Below are positions 28,638 to 38,218 of a stretch of 64,000 nucleotides of DNA, in pieces. Numbering within the stretch: the first letter of the stretch is position 1; each line of letters starts with the position of its first letter. This DNA is from a virus. The position numbers and the translations under genes were made by a program. Below the pieces are notes generated by a model. That model was given only the letters and a program-made list of their open reading frames with translations. It was not told the DNA's origin and did no database searches. The stretch spans positions 32,001 to 96,000 of the IMG/VR virus record IMGVR_UViG_3300009103_000003; one strand, given 5' to 3'.

Positions 28638-30518
28638 CTTACACTCCGACCAGTTAGCGCCATACTTACCTGAGGTCTCTAGCGGAACCGCTAGATCAAA
28701 CGAGAAAGGCTGCGCCATAAGGTTCGAAATCCTGTCGTTGAATTCTTTATCTTCTACGAACTCATCCGGTACCTCGAACACGATTTCATCGTGAACTTGG
28801 ATAACCATCTTCGCCCCAGAGGCTTCGATGAGCGGGTCTTCCCACAATCGAATCATCGCCATTCTAGTAATATCCGCTGCGGTTCCCTGGATGGGTGAGT
28901 TCTTTACTTGACGCTCTGCGTTACCTCTATCAGAACTAATATTTGAGTTCAGCCCAGGCACCTGCCTACGCCGACCCAAAATAGTCGTGCAGTACTCCAA
29001 TTCTGTTGCTTCTTTAATGGCGTACTTGAAATACTTGGTGATTTTTGGGAACGCTGCGAAGTACTGTCTAATGAGCAGCTTCGCTTCATCGTTTGAACAT
29101 CCAAGAGTCCCGGCCAATCGACCAGACCCTTGTCCATACATAAGACCAAAGTTGATGGCCTTTGCACCTTTTCTATGGCCTAGAAGCTTCTTGTCATAAT
29201 CCGACAGTGCTTCACCATTATCATCCTTCTCTCGCGCAACCATGATGTCTTCATAAGGCACTTTGAACATTTTGGCGGCTGTGCTGGTGTGTACATCCTG
29301 ACCGCTCTTGATCGCCTTTATTAATGACGGGTCGCCAGAGAAGTGTGCTAATATCCGCATTTCAAGCTGCGCATAATCCGCAGCGTATAGCTTTGCCATA
29401 CCCGAGCTTACATATGCGCTTCTAATATACTGCGGTTGGTTTTGCAGGTTTGGTTCCGACGAGCTTAGTCTTCCGGTTCTTGCGCCTGTTTGGTTGAAGG
29501 TTGCGTGTATTCTATTGTCCGTATGAATACGGTCCAACAGGTTCGTAATATATGTCGATAATTTCTTGTCCTGATCTCGGTACCTAAGGAGCTTGGTTGC
29601 GTACTCGCAGCCTCCCCGTTTCCACACTTCAAGGGCCGCAGCGTTAAGTTGTGGGCTTCCCTTTTCCGTGTATGAGACGGGTTTATAGTTCAAGGTCTTA
29701 AAGAAAAACTCACCCATCTCCTTAGTGGAGTTTAGGTTTACAAGCTTCCCCATCGCCCTCCCAAACCATTTCTGTATACCCAGGAGTTCTTCCTCTATTT
29801 TGGGAGCCTGCTCCAACAACGCTTCTTTATCAATTCTGACACCCACCCTCTCCATCTCCCAGAGGATCTTGGTGAAGGGGACCTCGGTCTTGAAATAGTA
29901 ATCCCACAGAGTGGGGTGCTCTGCGTGGCCGGTTTCCATATCCAGCAATAACTCCCTTAGCTGGAAGAATAATAGATATGTAGCGTAGGCATCCAGCGAG
30001 GCGTAGTTTGTTACAATTTCCTCGTTTTCTGGGTCTAGCAAGAGATCCTGTAGGGACCGCTTTCTCATTTGTGTCCCGAAAACATTTTTGAATGGGACCA
30101 TATTGATATCTAGGTAATCCCTTGAGAGGGATTTGAGGTCATGCCCTTTTGTGTCGTCCACGAGGGCGTGCATAACCATTGTGTCGTAGACACGGTAGTG
30201 CTCTCGTATGCAGTGCCTGTTTAGGTCAATGCCCACGTTTAGCAGCATCCACTGGTCAAAGTTTGCGTTGTGCGCAATGAGCTTCAACTCTGGATTTTCT
30301 AGCATATCCTTAAAGTAGGGGAACACTTCTGGGTAGATTGCATAGCGACTTTCCCCATTACTTAGAGCTAAAATAACGGCGCAGTCTCTTGAGCGAGACA
30401 ACCCAGTTGTCTCTGTATCAAACGCGAGTATTACCGCGTCCTCATATTCTTCAATAACTTGTTGTGCTTGCTCCGGTGTCCGGACAGACACTGGGGTCGG
30501 TAATACGCGAAACATCAT
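28635..30518 (-). CDS. polA: Family A DNA polymerase with a 3'-5' exonuclease domain
   Basis: ExoI FDTETTG, ExoII AHNANFD, ExoIII YASLDA. TGRLSSSEPNLQN, motif A ADYAQLEMRILAH, motif B RKGAKAINFGLMYG, motif C QVHDE. Start re-called to 30518 (AAGGAGG SD). Confidence 0.95.
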   Translation of the reverse strand: MMFRVLPTPVSVRTPEQAQQVIEEYEDAVILAFDTETTGLSRSRDCAVILALSNGESRYAIYPEVFPYFKDMLENPELKLIAHNANFDQWMLLNVGIDLNRHCIREHYRVYDTMVMHALVDDTKGHDLKSLSRDYLDINMVPFKNVFGTQMRKRSLQDLLLDPENEEIVTNYASLDAYATYLLFFQLRELLLDMETGHAEHPTLWDYYFKTEVPFTKILWEMERVGVRIDKEALLEQAPKIEEELLGIQKWFGRAMGKLVNLNSTKEMGEFFFKTLNYKPVSYTEKGSPQLNAAALEVWKRGGCEYATKLLRYRDQDKKLSTYITNLLDRIHTDNRIHATFNQTGARTGRLSSSEPNLQNQPQYIRSAYVSSGMAKLYAADYAQLEMRILAHFSGDPSLIKAIKSGQDVHTSTAAKMFKVPYEDIMVAREKDDNGEALSDYDKKLLGHRKGAKAINFGLMYGQGSGRLAGTLGCSNDEAKLLIRQYFAAFPKITKYFKYAIKEATELEYCTTILGRRRQVPGLNSNISSDRGNAERQVKNSPIQGTAADITRMAMIRLWEDPLIEASGAKMVIQVHDEIVFEVPDEFVEDKEFNDRISNLMAQPFSFDLAVPLETSGKYGANWSECK

Positions 30519-30540
30519 ACCCTCCTTGTATGAAGTAGAC

Positions 30541-30590
30541 TGGGAAAGGCGCACCGGCCCCCCGAAAGAGACCGGTGAGCGCCTCGCCCA
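30541..30590 (-). promoter_or_regulatory. Long RNA hairpin (UUCG loop) in the polymerase leader
   Basis: Minus strand TGGG-CG-AGGCGC-TC-ACCGG-TCTCT-TTCG-GGGGG-CCGGT-GCGCCT-TT-CCCA, lying between the SSB-like stop and the polA SD. No strong U-tract follows. Confidence 0.6.
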
Positions 30591-30606
30591 GTAACTGTTA
30601 ATTCAT

Positions 30607-31758
30607 TTAGAAGGGGATACTGTCGTCATCCTCTTCATCGTGCTTTGTAAGAAAGAACTCTTCCAAAGTTGCCTGAGCGGCATCATCGAATGGATTTTCT
30701 ACGCCCATGATTTTCGCTTGTTCTTCGAGGTCCATTTTCCCCAGGAACTTGTCGAAATCAAATCGTTTGAGCATCCAGTCTTTGACTTCAACGGAGTTGT
30801 CGGCAGGACCGAACTTCAGCACTTCGATAGCCTGACCCTTTCCTGCGGGAACCGCACGAATAACTAGGTCAAGTGGCGCAGAGGCATCAATACGCTGCGC
30901 TTTACCGCAACCATCAACCCAATCACCTTTATAACCGTCCTGCTTTACGCACTCATACATTTGTACTGCTCGAACATTGCTGTCGCAATGAGGGCAGGCC
31001 ACGTTCTGGTTTCTTAGGGTATGCTCACTATCACGATCAATAGTATCTTCACGGTGGTCCGCGATGACCTCATTGCATTCAGGGCATGCATATGCATACA
31101 CGCTGATCTCACCTTCGTTACAGTTTGCACACTTGTCGGAAAGCCCCATGAGTGTGTTCATGAAGTTCTTATGTGCCCACGGGCTGAGCGACCAGTGCAG
31201 CTTCCTACCAAAAACCTTGTCGTACTTTTGGTACTCAACAGGATCTAGGCTTCGGCCATGCTTGTCTGCTCCAAGAGAGCGCTCATATACGTGGTACTCC
31301 CGGTTGGCTCGTGACATCTTGGGAACCTTATAGTGGTCCTCAAGTACACACACGGTTGTGGCCAATTTCTCATCAAGAGACAACCAATCCCCGTTACCGT
31401 TTTCGAGAGCAAAATGGTTCAAGCAACAAGGCAGATCACGTTCAGTGAAATCCCCATGCCCGTCACCCCAATAGTTGGCAATAATCTGCCGCTTACCCTT
31501 CGGGGTAGTAATCCACTTGTATCGGTAAGAATACCAACCACCGTTTGTGGGCTCTGGAATTAGGCGGATTCTGGTAGGCGTGGACGTAGGATTGAAATAC
31601 TCCATCCGTTGTTTCCATGCTGGGGGCTCGTAAGAATCCCCACCACCGCCACCACCAAAATTACTTCCCTGGCTAGGCTTAGTTTGCTTTAGAAGACGTT
31701 GCCGCTGCTCGGCCTGCATCTTCTTGTACTCATCATTGTAGTTGATTTTATCACTCAT
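30607..31758 (-). CDS. Putative single-stranded DNA-binding protein (gp32-like) with a zinc-ribbon insertion
   Basis: Located between primase and polymerase. N-terminal TRIRLIP and acidic C-terminus ending EEDDDSIPF, typical of SSB tails. Contains CANC, CPEC and CPHC. Confidence 0.55.
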   Translation of the reverse strand: MSDKINYNDEYKKMQAEQRQRLLKQTKPSQGSNFGGGGGGDSYEPPAWKQRMEYFNPTSTPTRIRLIPEPTNGGWYSYRYKWITTPKGKRQIIANYWGDGHGDFTERDLPCCLNHFALENGNGDWLSLDEKLATTVCVLEDHYKVPKMSRANREYHVYERSLGADKHGRSLDPVEYQKYDKVFGRKLHWSLSPWAHKNFMNTLMGLSDKCANCNEGEISVYAYACPECNEVIADHREDTIDRDSEHTLRNQNVACPHCDSNVRAVQMYECVKQDGYKGDWVDGCGKAQRIDASAPLDLVIRAVPAGKGQAIEVLKFGPADNSVEVKDWMLKRFDFDKFLGKMDLEEQAKIMGVENPFDDAAQATLEEFFLTKHDEEDDDSIPF

Positions 31759-32746
31759 AATAAAAGGATCTCCTCCAGTTAATCGGTGTTAATGCTGTCT
31801 CTATCGCAGCGTGCACCTGTTGCATTGTTAAGTCGTCGGGTGACTTGTCATTGTGGTCCCTATAATTAGCTACACATGTCTCTACTCCCGCCAACTGCTC
31901 ACTAGTTATCCGGTGCGTTGCCTTTCGTCCAGCCGCATCGTTGTCAAGAAACAACACAACACTATTTGCTATTCGAGATAGTAGTGCTTCCTGTTCCCTG
32001 CTTAGATACGAACCTATCAAAGCCACCGTGTACGGATACCCGCTTTGGACCACCCAAAGCGCGGCTTTGAAACCCTCGCATACGACAACAGGCATGTCAA
32101 TGTCTGTATTTGTATACATTCGAGTTTCGTAAAACTTCTCCAGTCCCCAAAGAACAGACTTCTTATCGAAGCTGTAGTCGGCAACTACATCAGCAAGTTC
32201 CTTCTTGTAAATTTTATATCTCGGCCAACCACCAGTCACGGATCTCCCACTCAGAGCAACCAAGTCTCCTAAGTGATTTCTGATTGGGTAGATCACCCGT
32301 TTCCTGGTTCGGTCAAAACCAATCTCATATTCTCTAATAATATCCTCATTAAAACCAGATTCTAATAAGGATTTTGGGAGGTACGAGAACATTCCTAAAG
32401 TTGCTTCTGGAAGAACCTTCCAAGAGAACTTCGGGGAAAGCGTCTTCTTTTGAGGGAACGCGCTCTCTATATGTGTTTTGACAGTGTCTATTAGGGAGTT
32501 GGGGACAGCCAGCTTCTTGAGAAGCCCTGTTAAACTCCACCCCTCATTACACGTATGACAAAAAGAAGCCCCCGGAAACTTATTGTTTGTCGGAGGACCG
32601 CAGTATACGTAGAAGGAGGGTTTAGACTCTTTACCGGATTTATGAAACGGACAGTAAGCAGCTATATTTTTCTGTGTTGACTGCTGGTGGTCCGCAAACC
32701 TGATATGGCTTTGTAAGATCGAGACGATCTCATCCCGGTACTCCAT
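31751..32746 (-). CDS. dnaG: DnaG-type DNA primase
   Basis: Zinc finger CPFH...KPSF...FCHTC, RVIYPIRN..G..VALSGR, and TOPRIM VVCEG and FLDNDAAG. Confidence 0.92.
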   Translation of the reverse strand: MEYRDEIVSILQSHIRFADHQQSTQKNIAAYCPFHKSGKESKPSFYVYCGPPTNNKFPGASFCHTCNEGWSLTGLLKKLAVPNSLIDTVKTHIESAFPQKKTLSPKFSWKVLPEATLGMFSYLPKSLLESGFNEDIIREYEIGFDRTRKRVIYPIRNHLGDLVALSGRSVTGGWPRYKIYKKELADVVADYSFDKKSVLWGLEKFYETRMYTNTDIDMPVVVCEGFKAALWVVQSGYPYTVALIGSYLSREQEALLSRIANSVVLFLDNDAAGRKATHRITSEQLAGVETCVANYRDHNDKSPDDLTMQQVHAAIETALTPINWRRSFYYE

Positions 32747-32749
32747 AGA

Positions 32750-34165
32750 TTATATTCCGAGATCATCGTCAAGTTCATCACGTTCCCTACTGATTTCCAT
32801 TAAAGGACTAGCGACCGAGGAGTCCTCACCATTACCAGAGATAGAGTCTGGTATATTTGGAGTGTTCTCGGCCTCATCTTCCCAAACATCGTGCAATTGG
32901 TGCAGTGTGTCATGGGCGTAGGAAAAGTTTTCCGCCGCGATTGCGTTGATTGTGAAACCTTCACAGGTTGTTTCTCTTGCAGCCGCTAGGTGAAGGGAAA
33001 GCTCCTCTCGGCGCTTGTGATAAACCAATTTAATTCCTACGTCACAATCCATCCCAGCTTGGCTGTTCATTGATAATGATGCAGTGCCGCGTGACTTTTG
33101 GTACTTCAATCCGGCTCGCTCGTTCTCCTGCAAAATAGACAGGATTGGAATGCCGGTTTGTTTAGCGATTTGCTTGAGCCGCCTATTCACAATGGACAAG
33201 TTCTTCCAGTCCAGCGCGTTAGCGCCTGACCCTGGAAGCTCCAGCATGTACGATGAGTCCAACATGACAAAGTGCGGGCGAAACATTTCAACCTTTCGCC
33301 TAATATCATCTGGACCACCAACAGAGCCGTCTGGTCGGTCTGCTTGAGTGAACCAAACCTCACCTGGGAAGCTTGGGTCGCAAATCTGTTCTAGCTTGTC
33401 TAAGAATTGTGTTGTCTCAGCAGAGGAAAGTTCATTGGCTTTTAATTTTGTGTAATTGACCTTGGCCAAGATGCATGACAATCGTCGTCGCACCACCGGC
33501 CATGTCATCTCTTTCGAGTAGATTAGGACTTTTCTTCCGGTCTCTAGGACATGCGCCGCAACATACAAGCCGAACCATGTTTTCATGCTTTTAGGGATTG
33601 CCCAAACCATGATGTAATCACCGGGTTGTATTCCCTGTGTGGCCATGTTCATTTGTGCCCAGGGCCATGGGATACCGGTCATCCCGGAGGTGTTCGAGAT
33701 CCTATGCAGTTCATCTAGGGTTTCTTGGAAGGCCACCTTGGAAAAACAAACATCGTTCTCCGCAGAGCTTTGCTCAAGAAGTTGCCCAAGCTGATAGTGC
33801 AGATCAGAGACGGTGGTAATACCATTTCCAGGCTCAGTATCCGATAGATACCGTTGGACCGCGTTCTCTGTGTCTCTTCGAAGATGGGAGTCTCTAACTT
33901 TTCCACATAGGTCTAGAAAGTTCTCCACTGGTTTAGGAAGATCCAAAGATGGGAAAGATTCCCGTAAAGATTCTTCGCTTGGTACGTGCCCGAAATTTTT
34001 GGGTCTTTTATAGTGCGCATCAATGGTGGCCCACAGATTCTTGGCCTCCATTCCGCCAAAGGTGCGGAAATCTACGCCTTCTTTTTGTGCTGATTCAAAA
34101 AGATCTGATGGGCTTTCACCGCGCACAATTGACGATATTAGCTGTAATTCCCAATTCGATGCCAT
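32750..34165 (-). CDS. dnaB: DnaB-like replicative helicase
   Basis: MTGIPWPW..MN.ATQGIQPGD, Walker A-like AIPKSMKT, YSKEM, Walker B MLDSSY, IPIL..LQ.N, and DCD. Adjacent to primase. Confidence 0.85.
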   Translation of the reverse strand: MASNWELQLISSIVRGESPSDLFESAQKEGVDFRTFGGMEAKNLWATIDAHYKRPKNFGHVPSEESLRESFPSLDLPKPVENFLDLCGKVRDSHLRRDTENAVQRYLSDTEPGNGITTVSDLHYQLGQLLEQSSAENDVCFSKVAFQETLDELHRISNTSGMTGIPWPWAQMNMATQGIQPGDYIMVWAIPKSMKTWFGLYVAAHVLETGRKVLIYSKEMTWPVVRRRLSCILAKVNYTKLKANELSSAETTQFLDKLEQICDPSFPGEVWFTQADRPDGSVGGPDDIRRKVEMFRPHFVMLDSSYMLELPGSGANALDWKNLSIVNRRLKQIAKQTGIPILSILQENERAGLKYQKSRGTASLSMNSQAGMDCDVGIKLVYHKRREELSLHLAAARETTCEGFTINAIAAENFSYAHDTLHQLHDVWEDEAENTPNIPDSISGNGEDSSVASPLMEISRERDELDDDLGI

Positions 34166-34180
34166 GAGACCCCCTGTGTC

Positions 34181-34477
34181 CTAGAAATCAATAATTCCAG
34201 CAGGGGGCTCCCCACTAGATGGTTTTTCTTTATCTACCACGGTTCCCACCGTAGGGGCATAAGCCTTTTCCACAGCGAGGATTAATGCAACCGCAGCTTC
34301 CGCGACAGCTTCATCATCTTCAAGTCCTTCTACGGAGACTTCTCCCGCAGGTTTCCCTGACACGCCATAACCGATCTTCGCAGAAACAAGCACTGCATCG
34401 CTTTGCATACTTGTGTTTGTGATTTGGATGGTATGGGCGTGCAGGGAATTTATCGAACATGTAATTAAGTCTGCCAT
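34181..34477 (-). CDS. Hypothetical protein
   Basis: Operon ORF; no recognised motif. Confidence 0.65.
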   Translation of the reverse strand: MADLITCSINSLHAHTIQITNTSMQSDAVLVSAKIGYGVSGKPAGEVSVEGLEDDEAVAEAAVALILAVEKAYAPTVGTVVDKEKPSSGEPPAGIIDF

Positions 34478-34480
34478 AGA

Positions 34481-34951
34481 TTACTCCTCTTCTGGGAAGT
34501 ACCCTGCGCAGAGTCTTGTTTTAATATCGACCGCATGTCCAGCGACAGCCTTCATAATGTGCTCTCGGGAGGAATCCCAAGCCAAATCGTAAGCCATGCT
34601 ATGTGCGGTGCGAATGCTTTCCTCATTCTGGTCACACTTAAGCGTGACGCTTGAGAAGATCTCTACACTAAAGGGGATTTTGTCCCATGTACCTTTTGGT
34701 GGATAGTACACGGCGTCGGACATTTTTGTAGCCACGCTTGCGGTTACTGAAGCAACCGTCGCGTCCGTGTCTGTTGACACAAGAGATGTTACTGGGATTT
34801 GTTCTTCCATTCGTTCGTCCTCGCTTTGAAGGTTCTCTTTCGAACCCCAACTTTTTACTGTTGTTCTTCTAAGGGTGGCGAACCCCTCCACCAAACTAGG
34901 TAGAGGGGCTGCACTATCAGGTAGGGACTTCTTTTTCTTGTACCCAGCCAT
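34481..34951 (-). CDS. Hypothetical protein
   Basis: Operon ORF with TGATG coupling; no recognised motif. Confidence 0.65.
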   Translation of the reverse strand: MAGYKKKKSLPDSAAPLPSLVEGFATLRRTTVKSWGSKENLQSEDERMEEQIPVTSLVSTDTDATVASVTASVATKMSDAVYYPPKGTWDKIPFSVEIFSSVTLKCDQNEESIRTAHSMAYDLAWDSSREHIMKAVAGHAVDIKTRLCAGYFPEEE

Positions 34952-35379
34952 CAGACCACTTTCAGTACAATTTCTTTTGGCCCCAGAACTCGCGCTGAGC
35001 CGAATTCCTCTTTTTGCCCGCCCTCTACGTCTGCATGGGCGATCTTACCGGCAACAAGGAGTTGCTCAATAACCTTCGGGTCTATCTTCTTCACCACCCC
35101 TGGCATTGCCAGAACCTCTGGATTTACCTTTGTGGCGTCATAAGTCTTTGTTTTGGGACGAGCCGTTCTGGTGAATGGCCCAATGGATAGCTTGCTGGAC
35201 CCCTCAATATTTCGAACCAGTTGCTTTGCCTCTACAAGATGCGCATTGTACTGATCCATCAATGGGATAAAGATGTCCACGAATTGTGGGTTCTCTTTGA
35301 AAAATTCGTGAACTGCGTCACGGGCTTTTTCAAACTCTGCTACCACCCTACGTACTTCCTTTTGTTCTGTGAAATTCAT
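34951..35379 (-). CDS. Hypothetical protein
   Basis: Operon ORF with TAATG coupling; no recognised motif. Confidence 0.7.
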   Translation of the reverse strand: MNFTEQKEVRRVVAEFEKARDAVHEFFKENPQFVDIFIPLMDQYNAHLVEAKQLVRNIEGSSKLSIGPFTRTARPKTKTYDATKVNPEVLAMPGVVKKIDPKVIEQLLVAGKIAHADVEGGQKEEFGSARVLGPKEIVLKVV

Positions 35380-36050
35380 TATTCGATGCTCCTTTTTTCT
35401 GCTAAAATTTTAGATATCTTGACGGCCTGTTTTGCGTGACCAACTGTCTTATTCCACATACCCCCGACATTCTGCGCGGGGTTTCGGTACAATTGGTTCA
35501 TTGAGTAAGTCACCATGGCAGGGACTCGATATTCTCTCGTGTCGCCGTGTATGGTTGCCTCAACAACCCTACCCAAAGACTCGTCGTAAGACCCGTCGAT
35601 GCGCAGAGCTTTATGTGCCGCAGACCCGCAGCACAAAATTATTTCTGGTTGTATTTTATGTATTTCCCCGGACAACCTAGGCGAGCAAGCAACCTGCTCT
35701 TTTGCTGTTGGGGCGGGTAACATTTCGACAGCCCTACCACCCAGTCTTTGGGTTGGACAGGCTACAACGGAGGTTACCCATAGATACTTTGTTCTTATTA
35801 TCGGATAATCTTCTGCCACAAAACGCAGCACTTGCTGAAGGACCTTGCCTTCCCCGCCGCTCATAATGTCACCACTGCAAGCTGCGGCAAAACTCACTCT
35901 GTCTAAGAGGATAACCACTGATGCATCTATACTCCCCTTTCCGGTTATTAGATGTTTTCTGTTTTTATGTAGTCTGCACTCTTCGCAGTTATTGAATTTA
36001 TGAAGATACGATTTAAGATCATCCTTCGACGGTTTTGAATGATAGTCCAT
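35379..36050 (-). CDS. Uracil-DNA glycosylase family 4-like protein (Fe-S cysteines kept, catalytic motifs altered)
   Basis: CEECRLHKNRKHLITGKG, VTSVVACP, QVACSPRL..EI..IQPEIILCCG..A. Start re-called to 36050 (GAGGA SD). Confidence 0.75.
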   Translation of the reverse strand: MDYHSKPSKDDLKSYLHKFNNCEECRLHKNRKHLITGKGSIDASVVILLDRVSFAAACSGDIMSGGEGKVLQQVLRFVAEDYPIIRTKYLWVTSVVACPTQRLGGRAVEMLPAPTAKEQVACSPRLSGEIHKIQPEIILCCGSAAHKALRIDGSYDESLGRVVEATIHGDTREYRVPAMVTYSMNQLYRNPAQNVGGMWNKTVGHAKQAVKISKILAEKRSIE

Positions 36051-37416
36051 GACTAACGATTCCTCGCTTAAGTGCGCGGCACATGTTAGTGGCTGGTCCG
36101 AAATAACGATCATCCACCACGAGAACAATGGGGTCCTTCTTGCCGTTGAACTGGCGCTCCACTCGTCCCTTCCCTTGCTGGAAAGCTCCCCACGCCTTGA
36201 ACGGTGTGGTGAATATGAGGGTATCCAATTCGGCAACATCCAGGCCCTCCTTAGCAATCTGGAACGTGGCGAAAGTTACATCTGACTCTCGAATAACACT
36301 AGTGCGTTCTTCACCGGAGGTGTCCCCAGTTACGACGCCGCACGTATACCTTTTCATACGCGTATTGTCGAGGAATTTTGTTTGTAGAATTTCAGGATGC
36401 GCTTTGCTGTGCGCCAACACTAAAATTTTTCGTCCTTTGCTTAACGCATTTTCGACAAGGGCAATGATTCCTCGATTTCGATCATCGTCTTTTGCCAAAT
36501 AGGTATACATTTTCGGCGCTGAAAATTCGCCTGTTCGATCCCGCACCAAGCCCTCATTTACTGGTTGCCGGGTGTCGAACTGCACAAAGTAGATCTTTGC
36601 CTCTAGGTCTCCCGTTAAATCTGTGTGGAAGATCTTGCCTATATGTGAGTAGTACACGTCCTCTAGCCCGTCCTCCCTGTTAGGGGTGGCGGTGAGTCCG
36701 AACCTATTACCTATGAACAAGTTAGCTGTTTGACTAAATGTGCTGGCACTAAGGTGGTGGACCTCATCAAAGATGACTGTGCCAAATCGCTTACGGACCT
36801 CTATGTCGATAGAGTTACTTCTTGCCGCCAAAGTTTGTATCATCGCTAATACAAGCGGTTTATCCCAATCTTCTTTAGGGCCCTGGACAATGCCAATATC
36901 ATCTTCGTCCATGTCAAGAAATTGACAAGCACGGTCCTTCCACTGCTCCAGAAGACCTTTATTGTTTACGATTACTATCGCAGGGTAGCCCCTCTCTGCT
37001 ATCTTTTTGAGAGCTAGAACGGTCTTCCCTTTACCACAGGCAAGGTTCAAGACCCCGTGCTCCGCTTCGGAAAATGCCGCCCACGCCTCCTTTTGTGCGG
37101 CATCCCTGGGCACGATATCACCCTTAAAGGTGACAGGTTCCCACTCCAACTCAATAGCGGGGACCGACCAGTTACCCAGCCGCTCAACCCACTCCTCCTC
37201 AGAGAAGAGGTGCCTAGCAACGACAACATGGTATTGCTCCTGATGAGCTAAAAAGATAGTTTTGACTTCTCCGGTGCGGGCGTTCTCTGTCTTTACCGTT
37301 GCTGCTCGAATAAAGGCGTCCCGATTACCAATCATGGATTTAGGGACCCACATGCTTGCTGAGCAGAACGCCTCATCTCTGACCAGTCGCCCTCCATCAA
37401 TTTCGGGGAGATACAT
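36019..37416 (-). CDS. Superfamily 2 DEAD/DEAH helicase (UvsW/XPB-like)
   Basis: Motif I LACGKGKT, II FDEVHH, III LTATP, V EGLDV..LD, VI QQGKGRVER. Confidence 0.92.
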   Translation of the reverse strand: MYLPEIDGGRLVRDEAFCSASMWVPKSMIGNRDAFIRAATVKTENARTGEVKTIFLAHQEQYHVVVARHLFSEEEWVERLGNWSVPAIELEWEPVTFKGDIVPRDAAQKEAWAAFSEAEHGVLNLACGKGKTVLALKKIAERGYPAIVIVNNKGLLEQWKDRACQFLDMDEDDIGIVQGPKEDWDKPLVLAMIQTLAARSNSIDIEVRKRFGTVIFDEVHHLSASTFSQTANLFIGNRFGLTATPNREDGLEDVYYSHIGKIFHTDLTGDLEAKIYFVQFDTRQPVNEGLVRDRTGEFSAPKMYTYLAKDDDRNRGIIALVENALSKGRKILVLAHSKAHPEILQTKFLDNTRMKRYTCGVVTGDTSGEERTSVIRESDVTFATFQIAKEGLDVAELDTLIFTTPFKAWGAFQQGKGRVERQFNGKKDPIVLVVDDRYFGPATNMCRALKRGIVSHGLSFKTVEG

Positions 37417-37420
37417 ATTA

Positions 37421-37843
37421 CTACTCCAATATCTGCGTTATCCGATTCCTCAGAAAGTGAATAAAACTATCTGACTGTCTATCAGGATTGATATACTCAG
37501 AAAAGAGGGTAATCAATTGTTCTATCTTTTCATCTGATACATCGGAGTCACTAAGGTATTTACTAAGTTCGCTGTTGGCTGCTGCCGAGCCTGAAGATAG
37601 ACTGCGCCTATCTTCATATAACGAGGCAATAACCTCTCTTCCCTCATCTGAATCTAGTGATACCCCTATAACCTTTAATATATGAAACAAGGAGTCATTA
37701 GTCGGTAATACGCTACCGTTCTCTATATTTCTTAAAGTTTCTCGACTTAGGGAGCAATCCCTAGCAAGGGCTCTGCTGGAGCCATAACCAGCAGAAACCC
37801 TCAAGCTTTTGATGACGCTCCCAGTCCTATAAGACTGGTTCAT
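37421..37843 (-). CDS. XRE-family helix-turn-helix regulator
   Basis: IKSLRVSAG...RALARDCSLSRETLRNIENG...P matches the XRE HTH pattern. Confidence 0.8.
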   Translation of the reverse strand: MNQSYRTGSVIKSLRVSAGYGSSRALARDCSLSRETLRNIENGSVLPTNDSLFHILKVIGVSLDSDEGREVIASLYEDRRSLSSGSAAANSELSKYLSDSDVSDEKIEQLITLFSEYINPDRQSDSFIHFLRNRITQILE

Positions 37844-38121
37844 GCATTCTCCTCTTTATCTTCTTCATCAGATGCTTCTTGTGATACATCACTTACTGAT
37901 GTATCTGCTTGTTCATCAGATGAGGAACTAACATTGATTTTTGGAACGCTGATTGTCAACGTAGTGCTAGGTCGGTTATCATCATTAGGGGATAAACTGC
38001 GAGCCAGGGCACTGGCCGCTTCTCTAAGGCCATCAATGCCCGCATCAATTAAGACATCTTTGAGTTCTTGGCGCTTACGTGGTACTTCCACTTTGAGTGT
38101 ACATCTTTTATTATTGTCCAT
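37840..38121 (-). CDS. Hypothetical protein with an acidic tail; first gene of the leftward operon
   Basis: GGAGG SD and ATGA coupling to the XRE gene. Confidence 0.7.
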   Translation of the reverse strand: MDNNKRCTLKVEVPRKRQELKDVLIDAGIDGLREAASALARSLSPNDDNRPSTTLTISVPKINVSSSSDEQADTSVSDVSQEASDEEDKEENA

Positions 38122-38218
38122 GTCTACGACCTCCGGGTCAGGGTTATTGTGTTAGAAAAACTTTGGGGCTTCTCGATTTGCTTATACCAAAAACAGCCGA
38201 GTCCTTGTGGGAGAGAAA
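38122..38218. promoter_or_regulatory. Divergent promoter region between the replication and structural blocks
   Basis: 97-bp non-coding gap between divergent genes. The minus strand has TGGTATAAG (extended -10-like); no convincing -35. Confidence 0.5.

Noticed and set aside
36051-36257. N-terminal extension of the UDG-like ORF as given in the track
   Set aside because: It overlaps the helicase gene by over 200 nt. The ATG at 36050 has a good SD and matches the expected domain start.
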